Assembly (NCBI GenBank): GCA_965238005.1
Contig: OZ250165.1
Span: 608,001 to 672,000, forward strand
Length of the DNA stretch: 64,000 bases
Reading direction: 5' to 3'
From: Longimicrobiales bacterium
GTDB taxonomy: Bacteria; Gemmatimonadota; Gemmatimonadetes; Longimicrobiales; Gaopeijiaceae
Shown one piece after another: positions 21,487 through 32,516 of the stretch. Positions within the stretch are counted from its first letter, which is position 1. The number at the start of each line of letters is the position of its first letter. The notes under the pieces are model-generated. The model ran no database searches. It saw nothing but the letters and a program-made list of their open reading frames with translations, and was not told where the DNA came from. The translations under genes and the position numbers were made by a program.

Positions 21487-21855
21487 CTAAGCCGAGGACT
21501 CCAACCAGGTCGTGTCCTCCCCCGCGTTGATCGCGAGGTGCTCACCGGCCAGCCCCGGGGCCGCGCCATGCCAGTGCTCTTCGTCGGGGTCGATCACGAC
21601 CACGTCGCCCGAGTGGAGCCGGAGCTCGTTGCCCTCGCGGTCGACGGCGACGCACGTACCGCTGAGTCCGTAGAGCACCTGGACGTCGTCGTGTTTATGC
21701 CAGTTGGTACGGGCACCCTCACCAAAAGTGACGCGGTAGACGCGTACGGGCAGCCTGTCGGCACGGCCGAGTAGGGGCTGCATCAGCGCGGGGAGCTCGA
21801 AGTGCTGTTCGTCGGCACCGCCATGGGGCCGACTCGCGTGATCGATGACTTTCAT
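21487..21855 (-). CDS. Cupin domain protein
   Basis: VTFGEGARTNWHKH...GDVVVI.PDEEHWHGA. Confidence 0.88.
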   Translation of the reverse strand: MKVIDHASRPHGGADEQHFELPALMQPLLGRADRLPVRVYRVTFGEGARTNWHKHDDVQVLYGLSGTCVAVDREGNELRLHSGDVVVIDPDEEHWHGAAPGLAGEHLAINAGEDTTWLESSA

Positions 21856-22038
21856 TTTCGGCCGTCGTGAAAAGGCTAGAAGGCTGTTGAAGAAGTAGAT
21901 CGCCACGATGTCGCGCTGGCATGTTGACGGCAAGGCCACGATCCCCGGCACTCAGCTTGACGCGTGCCAGTCCAATGCATACCTGTCCATGGCGTCGTCG
22001 CCGAAATTTGCCGATGTAGCCGACCACGGGCCAAGCCA

Positions 22039-23010
22039 ATGGACTTCACCAGTCTCGCACGGAAAGCCATCGAGGAGGACCGCCTCACTGCCGAGGAGTG
22101 TCGGGCCGTCTTGTACGCCCCAGACGAGGACGTCCTGGAGTTGCTCTCGGCAGCCTACCGCGTGAGGAAGACCTTCTGTGGCAACAAGGTGCACATTCAC
22201 GTCCTGATGAACGCCAAGAGCGGCCTGTGCCCCGAGGACTGTGGTTACTGCTCCCAATCCAAGCTTTCCACGGCTGATATCTCCAAGTATGCGATGGTGA
22301 GCCGAGATCGACTCCTCGAAGCAGCGAGGGCTGCGAAGGAGGCGAAAGCCAAACGTTTTTGCATCGTGACGAGCGGCAGAGGCGCCACTTGGAGAGAAGT
22401 CGAAAACCTCAGTGAGGCCGTCCGTAGCATTCGGGACGAGGTTGGCATCAAGGTTTGCTGTAGCGTCGGGCTATTAGACGAACCCAAGGCGAAGGCCCTC
22501 AAGGACGCCGGCGTCGATCAACTCAACCACAATCTCAATACCAGCGAAGAGTTCTATTCGGAAATCTGCACCTCGCACACGTACCAAGACCGGTTGGATA
22601 CCCTACGAGCAGCCCGGTCCGCGGGACTGAATCTCTGCAGCGGTGCCATCTTCGGGATGGGCGAGTCCGACGACGACGTGATCGACACGCTCATGGCTCT
22701 ACGGGACCTCGCCCCGCAATCGATCCCGATCAATTTCCTCATCCCCATCGAGGGCACGCCCCTACAGGACGTGCATCGCCTGACCCCATATCAGTGCCTG
22801 AGGATTCTATGCTTGGCAAGATTCCTGAACCCGAGACAAGAGATCAGGATCTCAGGCGGCAGGGAATTCCACCTGAGGTCTCTCCAGGCCATGGCGCTCT
22901 ATCCGGCCAACTCCCTTTTCGTGGACGGGTATCTGACCACACCGGGACAGTCACCCAAAGATGCCTGGCGGCTGATCGAGGACATGGGGTTCGAAATCCA
23001 GCTAGATTGA
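22039..23010 (+). CDS. bioB: Biotin synthase
   Basis: CPEDCGYCSQS radical-SAM motif; NHNLNTS; CSGAIFGMGE; YLTT. Confidence 0.97.
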   Translation: MDFTSLARKAIEEDRLTAEECRAVLYAPDEDVLELLSAAYRVRKTFCGNKVHIHVLMNAKSGLCPEDCGYCSQSKLSTADISKYAMVSRDRLLEAARAAKEAKAKRFCIVTSGRGATWREVENLSEAVRSIRDEVGIKVCCSVGLLDEPKAKALKDAGVDQLNHNLNTSEEFYSEICTSHTYQDRLDTLRAARSAGLNLCSGAIFGMGESDDDVIDTLMALRDLAPQSIPINFLIPIEGTPLQDVHRLTPYQCLRILCLARFLNPRQEIRISGGREFHLRSLQAMALYPANSLFVDGYLTTPGQSPKDAWRLIEDMGFEIQLD

Positions 23011-23038
23011 CCGTCCTTATTGACCGTCATTGACCGTC
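23006..23038. repeat. Three copies of ATTGACCGTC at the bioB stop
   Basis: Copies at 23006, 23019 and 23029. Confidence 0.85.
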
Positions 23039-23069
23039 CTCTGGAGAGAGGCCTCGAGCCTGCTGTAGC

Positions 23070-24416
23070 ATGGCACATCCCTATCGGATATGGCATCCCT
23101 TTACGCAGATGGCCCGCTTCGACGCCGAGCCGAAGCTCGTGGTGGAGCGGGCTGAAGGGAACCGCCTGATCGACCGCGACGGTCGGGAATACATAGACGC
23201 GGTGGCATCGCTCTGGTCGGTCATCCACGGCCATGGGCATCCGCAAATCGTCGAAGCCATCCAGGCGCAGGCCGCGAAGCTGCAACACAGCACGTTGCTG
23301 GGCATCAGCCATCCGTCGGCCATCGAATTCGCGGAGTCCCTCGTACGCCATCTGCCTCAAGGCCTCTCGCGGGTGTACTACAGCTCGGACGGGGCTAGCG
23401 CCGTCGAAGTGGCGCTGAAGATGGCGATCCAATACTGGGTCAATCGCGGTCATCCCGAGCGCAAGCGGATCGTCGCGTTGGACATGGCCTATCACGGAGA
23501 TACGCTCGGAGCCAGTAGCCTTGGGGGGGCCGGACCCTTTCGGGATCCGTACGAGCCGCTGCTCTTCGAGCCGTTGCGGATTCCAAACGGCTATCGGTAC
23601 CGCTGCCGGTGGTGCGCGGACGGCCTCGAGTGCGACTCCTCGTGCGTCAACGCACTGCGCGACCTCCTCGAGGCCCGGGGGAGTGAGATCGCGGCGGTGA
23701 TCGTCGAGCCCCGCGTGCAAGGGGCGGCCGGGATGATCGTCGCGCCCGAAGGAAATCTTTCGAGCATCCGACGGCTATGCGACGACCATGATGTCTTGCT
23801 CATCGCCGATGAGGTGGCAACCGGCTTCGGAAGGACCGGCGAAATGTTCGCCTGTGACCTGGAAGGGGTGGTGCCCGACATCATGACGCTGGGGAAGGGC
23901 ATCACCGGCGGGTACCTTCCACTCTCGGCCACCGTTGCCACCGAGCGGGTCTACGACGCTTTTTACGACGTGTCTGATCGTAACAAGACGCTCTTTCACG
24001 GGCATACCTTCGCCGGGAACCCCATCTGTTGCGCCGCCGCCATGGCGAGCTTGAGGATCTTCGAGGCCGAGCCGGTCTTGGAGCGCGTACGCCGGCGAGC
24101 CGCTTTTCTTGGATCGCTTCTGAGCGAGCTCTTCGGCGATCATCCTTGGGTCGGAGAGATCCGGCAGCAGGGCCTCATGGTCGGCCTCGAGCTGGTTCGG
24201 GACCGAATGACACGAGAGTCCTTTCCTCCGGCCGACGCCATCGGTTGGCGAGTCTGCATGGGCGCCCGCGATCAGGGCGTCTTCATTCGTCCTTTGGGCG
24301 ATGTCGTGGTCATGATGCCTCCTCTCTCCATAGAAGAGGACGAGCTCGTTCAGATCGCCGAGGCGGTGCGGGATGGCCTTCGCGAAGTCGGGAGCGGCCA
24401 TGACGCCGTGGACTAA
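23070..24416 (+). CDS. bioA: DAPA aminotransferase
   Basis: IWHPFTQM, YHGDT, DEVATGFGRTG, GKGITGGY. Confidence 0.96.
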   Translation: MAHPYRIWHPFTQMARFDAEPKLVVERAEGNRLIDRDGREYIDAVASLWSVIHGHGHPQIVEAIQAQAAKLQHSTLLGISHPSAIEFAESLVRHLPQGLSRVYYSSDGASAVEVALKMAIQYWVNRGHPERKRIVALDMAYHGDTLGASSLGGAGPFRDPYEPLLFEPLRIPNGYRYRCRWCADGLECDSSCVNALRDLLEARGSEIAAVIVEPRVQGAAGMIVAPEGNLSSIRRLCDDHDVLLIADEVATGFGRTGEMFACDLEGVVPDIMTLGKGITGGYLPLSATVATERVYDAFYDVSDRNKTLFHGHTFAGNPICCAAAMASLRIFEAEPVLERVRRRAAFLGSLLSELFGDHPWVGEIRQQGLMVGLELVRDRMTRESFPPADAIGWRVCMGARDQGVFIRPLGDVVVMMPPLSIEEDELVQIAEAVRDGLREVGSGHDAVD

Positions 24417-24494
24417 TGGTCTAGAGGCCATGACGCCGTGGACCAGCGATCTGGAGTGCGAGAGGCCATGACGCCCTGGGCCAGCGATCTGGAG
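24396..24494. repeat. Triplicated bioF start region
   Basis: GGCCATGACGCC(G/C)TGG at 24396, 24426 and 24464; last two copies extend through CCAGCGATCTGGAG. Confidence 0.9.
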
Positions 24495-25631
24495 AGTGAC
24501 CTGCGGCAGGCAGACGAGCTCTCGCTCCGGCGCAGTATCGTCACGCTGGAGACTGGACAGGAACCTCACGTTCTCATGAAGGGGCGCCGATACACCCTGT
24601 TCACGTCCAACAACTACCTCGGATTGAGCACTCACCCCGAGGTCATCGAGGCGTCCATCGAGGCGACTCGCGCCTATGGGACCAGCGTCTCGGCCTCGCG
24701 GCTGCTATGCGGGTCCACCCCGCTCCACGAGGAGCTCGAGGCCAGGTTGGCCGCGTTGAAGTCACGTGAAGCGTGTTTGCTGTTCAGCTCCGGATACTTG
24801 GCGAACCTGGGATTGATGACCGCCTTCCTGGATTCAGACGACGTGATCTTCAGCGACCGTCTGAATCACGCCTCCATCGTCGATGGCAGTCGGCTCTCGG
24901 CAGCGAAGGTGGTGCTCTACGACCACTGCGATCCCAACCACTTGGAGGTCCTTCTGTCCGAGACGCCCGCGAAGCGCCGGCTGATCGTGTCGGAATCGGT
25001 GTTCAGCATGGACGGAGACCTGGCCCCTGTCCCGGAATTGCTCGCGCTGGCCGAGCGTTTCGGAGCGCTCTTGGTCCTGGATGAGGCACATGCTACCGGA
25101 CTGTTGGGTGAAGACGGCGCGGGCGTCCTCAGCCTATTCGGCATTTCCGACGGCCCCATCGTGATCGTGGGCACGCTCTCGAAGGCCCTGGGGTCCATGG
25201 GCGGCTTCGTGGCGGCGGACCAGACGTTGATCTCGGTGCTGGTGAGCCGAGCCCGCTCCTTCATTTTCAACACCGCTCTCCCCGCCGCTGCGGCGGGCGC
25301 CGCCCTCGCGTCCATCAAGCTGCTGGAGACCGAGCCGTGGCGCCGGGAGCAGTCACTCTCTCTGGCGCGTTCTCTTCGCGATGGAATCCTCCAACGGGAG
25401 TTTCCCCCCTCGAACTCCGTCACCCAGATCGTCCCTCTCATGATCGGCAACGTCGAAGCGGCGCTGGCCCTCGAGTCACGGTTTCGCGAGGCCGGTGTGT
25501 TAGCTCGAGCCATAAGACCACCGACGGTACCGGAAGGAACCTCGCGTATCAGGTTCAACGTGATGGCGACCCATACGCAAGAGGACATCAACCACGTATT
25601 GGGCCTCCTCGAGCCAGGCCTCCCTTCCTGA
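24468..25631 (+). CDS. bioF: 8-amino-7-oxononanoate synthase
   Basis: SNNYLGL, NHASIVDG, DEAHATG, GTLSKALG, IRPPTVP. Confidence 0.95.
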   Translation: MTPWASDLESDLRQADELSLRRSIVTLETGQEPHVLMKGRRYTLFTSNNYLGLSTHPEVIEASIEATRAYGTSVSASRLLCGSTPLHEELEARLAALKSREACLLFSSGYLANLGLMTAFLDSDDVIFSDRLNHASIVDGSRLSAAKVVLYDHCDPNHLEVLLSETPAKRRLIVSESVFSMDGDLAPVPELLALAERFGALLVLDEAHATGLLGEDGAGVLSLFGISDGPIVIVGTLSKALGSMGGFVAADQTLISVLVSRARSFIFNTALPAAAAGAALASIKLLETEPWRREQSLSLARSLRDGILQREFPPSNSVTQIVPLMIGNVEAALALESRFREAGVLARAIRPPTVPEGTSRIRFNVMATHTQEDINHVLGLLEPGLPS

Positions 25632-25637
25632 TCGCGT

Positions 25638-26354
25638 ATGGGTCGCATCGTACTGGTGACCGGCACGGATACGGGGGTCGGCAAGACCATCGTCGCCGCC
25701 TGGTTGGCGTCGCTCACTTCGCGGTCCCAACGAGTGGCGTTGGTCAAAGCCGCTCAGACGGGGGCAGACCCTGCCGTTGACGGCGACGAGGCGTTCTACA
25801 GAGCGGCCCTCGTCGGTCATCCCGTTACGATGACGACATTGGCCACGTTTCCCGAGCCCCTGGCCCCAGCGATCGCGGCGAGGAGGTCAGGCGAAAGCGT
25901 TCGTGCGCAGGACATTGCGCGGTCCTGCATTCAGATTGCCCAGGCTCACGATCTAACCATCGTCGAAGGCTCAGGAGGCCTAATGGTGCCTGTCGATGAA
26001 GAATCGAGCTTCGCGGACCTTGCCGGAGCTCTGAGCGCCAACCTGGTTCTGGTGATCCGGCCCGGGCTCGGGACGCTGAATCACACGACGCTCACGCTGG
26101 AGGCCGCGTCCAGACGAAACCTTCTCGTCGAGATGCTGGTGTGTAACGGGTTGGTCGCCAAGCCTGGGCTCGTTGAAATCGAGAACCTTCGATTCCTTCG
26201 AAGCCGTTATCCGGAGATACCTTTGATTGCGCTCCGCCGCCTGCGCCAGGAGAGCCTGCACCGTCTGGCTCTACTCCGGCCGCAGATCCTCGGCGACCCG
26301 CCGACTTTGATGCAGGGCTCGCCCCTGCAGCCATTGGAGCTTCCACAGCCATAG
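25638..26354 (+). CDS. bioD: Dethiobiotin synthase
   Basis: GTDTGVGKT P-loop; EGSGG; LGTLNHT. Confidence 0.96.
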   Translation: MGRIVLVTGTDTGVGKTIVAAWLASLTSRSQRVALVKAAQTGADPAVDGDEAFYRAALVGHPVTMTTLATFPEPLAPAIAARRSGESVRAQDIARSCIQIAQAHDLTIVEGSGGLMVPVDEESSFADLAGALSANLVLVIRPGLGTLNHTTLTLEAASRRNLLVEMLVCNGLVAKPGLVEIENLRFLRSRYPEIPLIALRRLRQESLHRLALLRPQILGDPPTLMQGSPLQPLELPQP

Positions 26355-26449
26355 TACCCACTAAGTGGTTGCGGTTCCACACGTTGAGTCCGAACTCGAG
26401 CTGCGGATTGCACCTCTTGGTGATGCCGTCAAAGCTCACGGTCCAGATC

Positions 26450-26780
26450 CTTGTTTCTCCGTACCCAATGGCGCGCAGATGCGTCTGGATTTCCTGGTCG
26501 AAAAGGCCTGCTACCGTGCCATACGCCGTGTTGCGGACGTGTAGTTCGTTCGCCCAGTCCTTTTTCGCGATATGCGGTCTCAGGTCGATGTAGTGCACGT
26601 TGGTATTGGCGGCGGCCACGTTCTGGATCACCGTGTTCAGCCGGCTCATGATCTCGATCATGATCGCCCGGATGCGGCGCTTTCGCGCGACGGAAACGAG
26701 AGCCTTCTTTTCCTTCCCCTCCGGCATGTGCCAGAGGTCCTTCTTGATCTGCTGCACCTGCTCGTGAGAGTGCTCCACAC
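26450..26780 (-). pseudogene. Possible SGNH/GDSL hydrolase C-terminal fragment
   Basis: VHYIDLR...WANELH block-V-like motif. Confidence 0.4.
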
Positions 26781-26822
26781 CACTCCTCCTGGGATATGAG
26801 CCTAGCGGCCGTTCACCGCCGC

Positions 26823-27480
26823 TCAGAGCTCCGCGGTAAGGTGCCCCAAGCCGATCGAGCGGAGGAAACCCGGGAAGCGCGGGTCGCCGGGCCAGCCCAC
26901 CAGCCTGGGGGCGACGAAGGCGAGCAGGATGTTGCCGTCCCGGTCGTCCCGGGCGCTCTCGAGCAACGAGCAAGCAGCATCGAGGTCGCCGAGCGCGGCG
27001 TGTACGACTGCAAGCCAGAACCGGGAGACGTGGCCCTCTTGGGACCGCGCTTCGAGATCGAGCAGCACGTCACGCGCCACGCCGACTCCGCCTTGCGCAG
27101 CATGGAAGAGCCCTCGGATGGCGGTCCAGCCCACGACCGGCGATAGCTCGACCGCCTTCTCGATCGCCACGACGGCCTCATCGAGCCTGCCAGATCTGCC
27201 GAGCACATCCGCGTGCGCCACGTGGAGGATGGCCGCCTCGGGCCCCTCGGGTGCGGTGACGAGCAGCGGCGCGAGAAACGCTTCGGCCTCGGCGTAGTCG
27301 CCAAAGATGAGTCGGACCGTCGCCTCTCTTATGCGGAGACCCAAGTCCATGGGGCCCAATTGGAGGGCGCGCGCGTTCGCCGCCCACGCCGCCTCGTAGT
27401 CGTTCTCCACGTACGTGTTGTAGAACTCCCGCCACAAGTGGACGCGCGCCACGTTCGGGCCCAACTCCTCCGCTCGGTCG
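26823..27480 (-). pseudogene. TPR-rich C-terminus typical of kinase/TolB-TPR proteins, 5'-truncated
   Basis: TPR helices; ends in DPRF...LRSIGL. Confidence 0.7.
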
Positions 27481-27551
27481 AGGGACGCCTTCGCACGATC
27501 ACGAGCGAGCCGACACTGGAATGATCAAGAACGAACAAATTCGAATAGACA

Positions 27552-28607
27552 TTAGACACTCTCCCTCAGTGGCCCACATCCTGCATACTTCCTGTCCGCC
27601 ACCCCAAGCGTCCGACTCTTCGCCCCCCAACCCGCTGAATTGTGGAAATTCGCCACCATGCCGCCCGGCGGAACCAGCTCGTCGCATGCCCGCCGCGCGT
27701 CGTCGCTCAACCGCATGTCGCCCACGGGCAGGAGATCGTCGAGGTGGCTAAGTGTACGGGGACCGATGATAGGCGCCGTAATGCCAGGCTGGTCCTTCAC
27801 CCAGAGAACAGCGAGCTGGATCGGCGGGATTCCTGTCTCCTTCGCGAGAGCCACGAACTGGTTGCCCACATCGATCCCGGGTTCGTTGATCCGTTCCGCA
27901 TAGATCCCACCTCTGAAAGCTGCCCTTGACCCCTCCGGAAAAGCCATGGCATTCGCGTAGCGGCCGGTGAGCACACCTTGGGCGGTGGGAGACCATGTCA
28001 TGAGGCCCAGACCGTGCTCGACGCAGAGCGGTACCAGCTCGTTCTCAATGCGCCTGTCCAGCAGGTTGTAGGGAGGCTGTTCGCAACAGTACCGCGCGTA
28101 CCCCCGGCGATCGCTGATGGCCAGAGCCTCCATCACCCGCCAGGCGGGGTGTGTGGAGCACGCCACGTAGCGGACCTTGCCGGAACGAACCAGATCGTCG
28201 AGCGCAGCCAGCGTCTCCTCCTGATGGGTATCAGGATCGAATCGGTGGATGAAGTAGAAGTCGATGTAGTCCGTCTGCAGCCGATCCAGAGAGTCCTCGC
28301 AGGCCCGCACAATGTGCAGCCTCGAATTGCCACGGTCGTTGGGCCCGGGTCCAGTCGGTGGAAACACCTTCGTGGTAAGCAGCACTTGTTTGCGCAACCC
28401 GCTGCCTTTCAGAGCCCGACCGATGATCCGTTCGGCCTCCCCCTCTGCGTAGCTGTCACCGGTGTCGATCAGGTTTATGCCAGCGTCGACCGCACGCCCC
28501 AGGATCTGCTTCGCTTCGTCTTCCGGGGTCGGGTAGGCGAAGTTTGCCGTACCCAGGGCAACCGCGGATACCCTCACGCCAGTTCGGCCGAGTACTCTGT
28601 ATTCCAT
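27552..28607 (-). CDS. Aldo/keto reductase
   Basis: [34 protein letters not shown]. Confidence 0.95.
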   Translation of the reverse strand: MEYRVLGRTGVRVSAVALGTANFAYPTPEDEAKQILGRAVDAGINLIDTGDSYAEGEAERIIGRALKGSGLRKQVLLTTKVFPPTGPGPNDRGNSRLHIVRACEDSLDRLQTDYIDFYFIHRFDPDTHQEETLAALDDLVRSGKVRYVACSTHPAWRVMEALAISDRRGYARYCCEQPPYNLLDRRIENELVPLCVEHGLGLMTWSPTAQGVLTGRYANAMAFPEGSRAAFRGGIYAERINEPGIDVGNQFVALAKETGIPPIQLAVLWVKDQPGITAPIIGPRTLSHLDDLLPVGDMRLSDDARRACDELVPPGGMVANFHNSAGWGAKSRTLGVADRKYAGCGPLRESV

Positions 28608-28653
28608 TGTCGAGTCCTCTAGAAGTCTGTTGAGGAAGTACAGCGGCCTCTCG

Positions 28654-29640
28654 TCATCTCACCGGCTCCGATTCACCCAGGCCCAGGATCGCTTCGATCC
28701 TTTCCATCCCACCCACTCGATCGGCCCATTCTTCATACACACTGCGGGCCGCGGCTCGAAAGGGCGCCCTGTCAGGACTGCTGATCCTCACGCCCGCCTC
28801 CCGCAGCCGCTCGAGGGCCGAATCAGCCTCGGCGCGATACCAGGCCCTCTGCTGCAGGATCATTGCACGGGCCGCCCGGTCTATCACCGCACGGTCTTGC
28901 GCGGAAAGGCTGTCATAGAACGACCGACTCATCACCACGTATTCGATCAGCCTGATCCAACCGACTCGTGCCCAAAAAGGGGCCGGCTCGTAGAACCGTT
29001 TGGCAAGGTAGTTGGGGTCTGCCGCCTCCGCGCCGTCGATGACCCCCTGTTCCAACGCCGTGTACAGCTCGCCGTACGCCATCGGCAGCGGGTTCGCACC
29101 GAACGCCTTGAAGGTGGCCAGGTGCAACCGGTTCTCCATCGTGCGAATCTTGAGCCCGCTCAAATCCTTCAGGCGCTCGACCGGGCGCTCGGTGGTCATG
29201 ATGTGACGCTCGCCCGCGTCGAAGTAACCCAGCAGGTGAAACCCGCGGCGCTCGAACGCAGGCGCAAGGGTCTGCCCTATCGACGAGTCCATCACGGCAT
29301 CGAAGTGCTCCGGCCCGTCGAACAGGAACGGCAGCTCGAAGAGGTTGGTCTCGGGGACGAAGCTGGCCATCACGCTCGCGATGTTGGCCAGCTCGACACT
29401 GCCCATCTGCAATCCTTCGACCACATCCCGCTGATTGCCCAACTGGTTGTTGGGGTAGACCTGGACGCGAATGCGGCCTTCCGTGCCTTCGGAGACCATC
29501 TCCGCAAACAGCTCGACCGCACGCACCTGCGGCTCCGACGGGTTCTGGGAGAGTGCAGCTTTCAGGATGGTGACACGCTCTCCTGAGCCGCATCCTGCGA
29601 TCAGCAGGGAGGCAGCCGCGACTACAATCCGGCCGTTCAC
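28654..29640 (-). CDS. dctP: TRAP transporter substrate-binding lipoprotein
   Basis: Lipobox [32 protein letters not shown] overlap with dctM. Confidence 0.92.
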   Translation of the reverse strand: MNGRIVVAAASLLIAGCGSGERVTILKAALSQNPSEPQVRAVELFAEMVSEGTEGRIRVQVYPNNQLGNQRDVVEGLQMGSVELANIASVMASFVPETNLFELPFLFDGPEHFDAVMDSSIGQTLAPAFERRGFHLLGYFDAGERHIMTTERPVERLKDLSGLKIRTMENRLHLATFKAFGANPLPMAYGELYTALEQGVIDGAEAADPNYLAKRFYEPAPFWARVGWIRLIEYVVMSRSFYDSLSAQDRAVIDRAARAMILQQRAWYRAEADSALERLREAGVRISSPDRAPFRAAARSVYEEWADRVGGMERIEAILGLGESEPVR

Positions 29641-30917
29641 TGGGCGGCCAGGCGCGGGAGCCACAGCACGGTGTCGGGCCAGTAGGTCACGACGACGAGC
29701 ACCAGAAGCATGGCGATCAATATCGGCACCACCTGCGCACTCACGGCTCGCACGCTCTGCTCTGCAATGCCACAGGCGACGAACAATGTGGCTCCGTACG
29801 GCGGTGTGATGTATCCGATGGCCAGATTCACCGTGGCCAGAATCCCGAAGTGAAGGGGATCGATCCCGAAATCGAGGGCCAACGGAAACAAGATCGGCAC
29901 GAACACGATCACCGCTGAGAAGCTCTCGAGGAACATCCCTAACAGGAGCAAGACCAGGTTTAGGAACATCAAGAACAAGATGCGGTCGCTGATGTGGGCC
30001 TGTAACAGAGCCCCCAAAGCCTGCGGCACCTGGTGCGCCGCCACTAGCCAGGCAAACAGCATCGCCGCCGCCGCGATGAACAGCACCACGCACGATCTCT
30101 CGGCCGCCTCGAGGACGATGGACGGGAGATCTCGCCAGCCGATCTCGCGATAGAGGAAGAGCCCAACCGCGAGACCATATACGACCGCCGCGGCTGCCGC
30201 CTCGGTCGCGGTGAATACCCCCGCCAAAATCCCGAACACGATCAGCACCGGCAGTCCCAACGCCGGGAGCGCCTTCACTCCGGTGGCCAGGGTTTTCCGC
30301 GCATCGAACGGCACAGGCGCATCGAAGTCCGGTCCCTCCTTGAGTGCTTGCCGATAGGCAACCACCATGAGGCCGAGGCCGATCAGCACCCCCGGCACGA
30401 CACCCGCCAGGAACAATTGGGCCACAGAGGTTCCGGTCACGTATCCGATCACGATCATCAGGATACTCGGCGGTATGACCGGGCCGATCGCTCCCGCGGC
30501 CGCCTGCAGTGCGGCGGCGAAACGCATGTCGTAACCTCTGCTCCGCATCGCCGGCAGCATGATCGAGCCCACGGCCGCCGTGTCCGCGGTCGACGATCCC
30601 GAAATGCCCGCGAACACCATGCTGGCCATCACCGTCACCATCCCCAGGCTCCCCCGCACGAAGCACAAACAGGCGGAAGCAAACTCCACGATGCGCCGCG
30701 ACATGCCTCCCTTGTCCATCAATCCCCCGGCCAGCATGAACAACGGCACCGCCATGATCGGCCACGAATCGAGTGCGGTGAACATGCGCTGCGGTACCAG
30801 GGTGATCGGAAGACTCGGCTCGGCCAGGAGGGCGCCCAGGGCGCCCACACCGAGGGCGAACGCCACTGGCATGCCGATGATGATCAGCACGAGCATGATC
30901 AGCACCAGCGGGATCAC
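29637..30917 (-). CDS. dctM: TRAP transporter large permease
   Basis: AVPLFMLAG, GISGSSTAD, VIPPSI, ITPPYG. Confidence 0.95.
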   Translation of the reverse strand: MIPLVLIMLVLIIIGMPVAFALGVGALGALLAEPSLPITLVPQRMFTALDSWPIMAVPLFMLAGGLMDKGGMSRRIVEFASACLCFVRGSLGMVTVMASMVFAGISGSSTADTAAVGSIMLPAMRSRGYDMRFAAALQAAAGAIGPVIPPSILMIVIGYVTGTSVAQLFLAGVVPGVLIGLGLMVVAYRQALKEGPDFDAPVPFDARKTLATGVKALPALGLPVLIVFGILAGVFTATEAAAAAVVYGLAVGLFLYREIGWRDLPSIVLEAAERSCVVLFIAAAAMLFAWLVAAHQVPQALGALLQAHISDRILFLMFLNLVLLLLGMFLESFSAVIVFVPILFPLALDFGIDPLHFGILATVNLAIGYITPPYGATLFVACGIAEQSVRAVSAQVVPILIAMLLVLVVVTYWPDTVLWLPRLAAQ

Positions 30918-31402
30918 GATCCCTCCAACTCTCGAGCGCGTTGCCGCGTCGCCAGGATCGACTCCAGCAGCATCAGCCCGCCGGAGACGGGAAACACCAG
31001 GTACACCAACCCCATGTTCAGCTGCATGGCGGGAGACGTCTGCACCCACCCGATCAGCATGAGCCGCACGCCCCAGACCACCACCACCGCCGAGTAGATC
31101 GCGATCAGACCACCTGTGATCACTGCAACCGCTCTTCGCACTCCCGGGGCCAGTGTCGGCCCCAGATAGTCGACGGCCAGGTGGCTGCCTTTACGCAAAC
31201 AGATGGAGGAGGTGAGAAGGATTATCCACACCTGGCAGAAGCGGGCGAGTTCTTCGGTCCAGGTGGGGGGTTGGTCGAACACGTACCGTGCGACGACCTG
31301 TGCGAACACGGCGATCGTCAGCACGGCAAAGAGGGTTACGATCGTTATCTCGACCGATCGACGGATCGGCCGCAAGAACCGGTCAGTTGCTCCAGTCGAC
31401 AA
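30914..31402 (-). CDS. dctQ: TRAP transporter small permease (start approximate)
   Basis: QVVARY...WTEELAR...HLAVD; 4 TM segments. Confidence 0.92.
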   Translation of the reverse strand: MSTGATDRFLRPIRRSVEITIVTLFAVLTIAVFAQVVARYVFDQPPTWTEELARFCQVWIILLTSSICLRKGSHLAVDYLGPTLAPGVRRAVAVITGGLIAIYSAVVVVWGVRLMLIGWVQTSPAMQLNMGLVYLVFPVSGGLMLLESILATRQRARELEGS

Positions 31403-31720
31403 TGATCTGGGCGCAGATTTTGATCGCACGGATGTAGTCCTCGACATCCACCCACTCGTCATGCCCGCCGGCCTGCGTGAGATCTCCAGCCAAGGGACCG
31501 ATACCGACCGAAGGGATATTGCTGAAGAGCTTGGGGTTCCTGATATCGCTCTCCGAGTGCAGTGGGTTCACCTCCGGCTCGACACCCGTAACCTCGACGA
31601 CCGCCTGATACACCGTCCGGTACAGAGGATGGTCACTCGGTACCTCGACGCCTTGGGTGCCGGCCAACCACTCGACCACCGGCAGCTGCTCCGCCAGCCA
31701 CTCGTCACCTTGTAAACCCC
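31383..31720 (-). pseudogene. M20/ArgE-DapE family peptidase C-terminal fragment
   Basis: SDIR...IPSVGIGP...HDEWV..EDY; N-terminal metal motifs missing. Confidence 0.7.
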
Positions 31721-32167
31721 GCTGAAGGATGGGCGGCAGATAAGCTATCCGATCGTCCTGGGGCCTGCAAAGCGGGCGTCTCACCGGGACGCGCGCCAAC
31801 CACGCCCCTTTTCCCAGCCGAATCTCCGGGTTGGCAGCCTGCGGCCCCGAGGCCCAGGGTCGCCAGCACCACGAGGGCGGCGCGGGCAGTGGGGGGTTGG
31901 CTGGCGTCACTCGCGATCATGGTCCGGTCGCTGGCTGGGCGGGTCGATGAACCGCGGCCGACCGATCCAACCGAGCCGGCTTCGCATTGAATTTCGACAA
32001 CATACGGGGTGACCGAGAGAATCGCGCTATCGTCCACTCACGCCGGTTCGGAGCACCGGCGAGCCCTGCAGCTCGCACATGTGGCCGTGCGTTGACAGGG
32101 ATTGCTCCTGCCACCCGAATCGTGGCAACATATCCGAACAAAACCCCAATATTCGGAGCACTAGCCA

Positions 32168-32495
32168 TGGCCGTCTCAGAAGGATATCCAGAGAACCTAT
32201 TTAGTTGCTGGCATCCTGTGGCTTACGCCCGTCACGTTAAGGCAGCCGAGCCTTACGGCACGACGTTACTGGATGAAGCTTTGGTGATTTGGCGTTCATG
32301 AGATGGTCAGGCGCACACTATGCGAGACTTATGCATCCACCGAGGAACTGCGCTTTCCCTGGGTTCGGTTGCTGATGATTGCATTGTTTGTCCCTATCAT
32401 GCCTGGCGTTACGACCGTACCGGGGTCTGCGTACTCATACCGCAATCGAAACACAAGACCATCCCGACCAAAGCCAAAACACCAGTGTATAAGTT
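32168..32495 (+). pseudogene. Rieske oxygenase (VanA-like) N-terminal fragment
   Basis: WHPVA; DLCIHRG...CPYHAW; in-frame TGA at 32299; catalytic domain absent. Confidence 0.85.
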
Positions 32496-32516
32496 TGGTA
32501 CTGAAGGCATATCAAG

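Noticed and set aside
14880..32500. Integron cassette array explaining the fragment mosaic
   Set aside because: No attC-like repeats or IntI; pieces are partial genes on both strands
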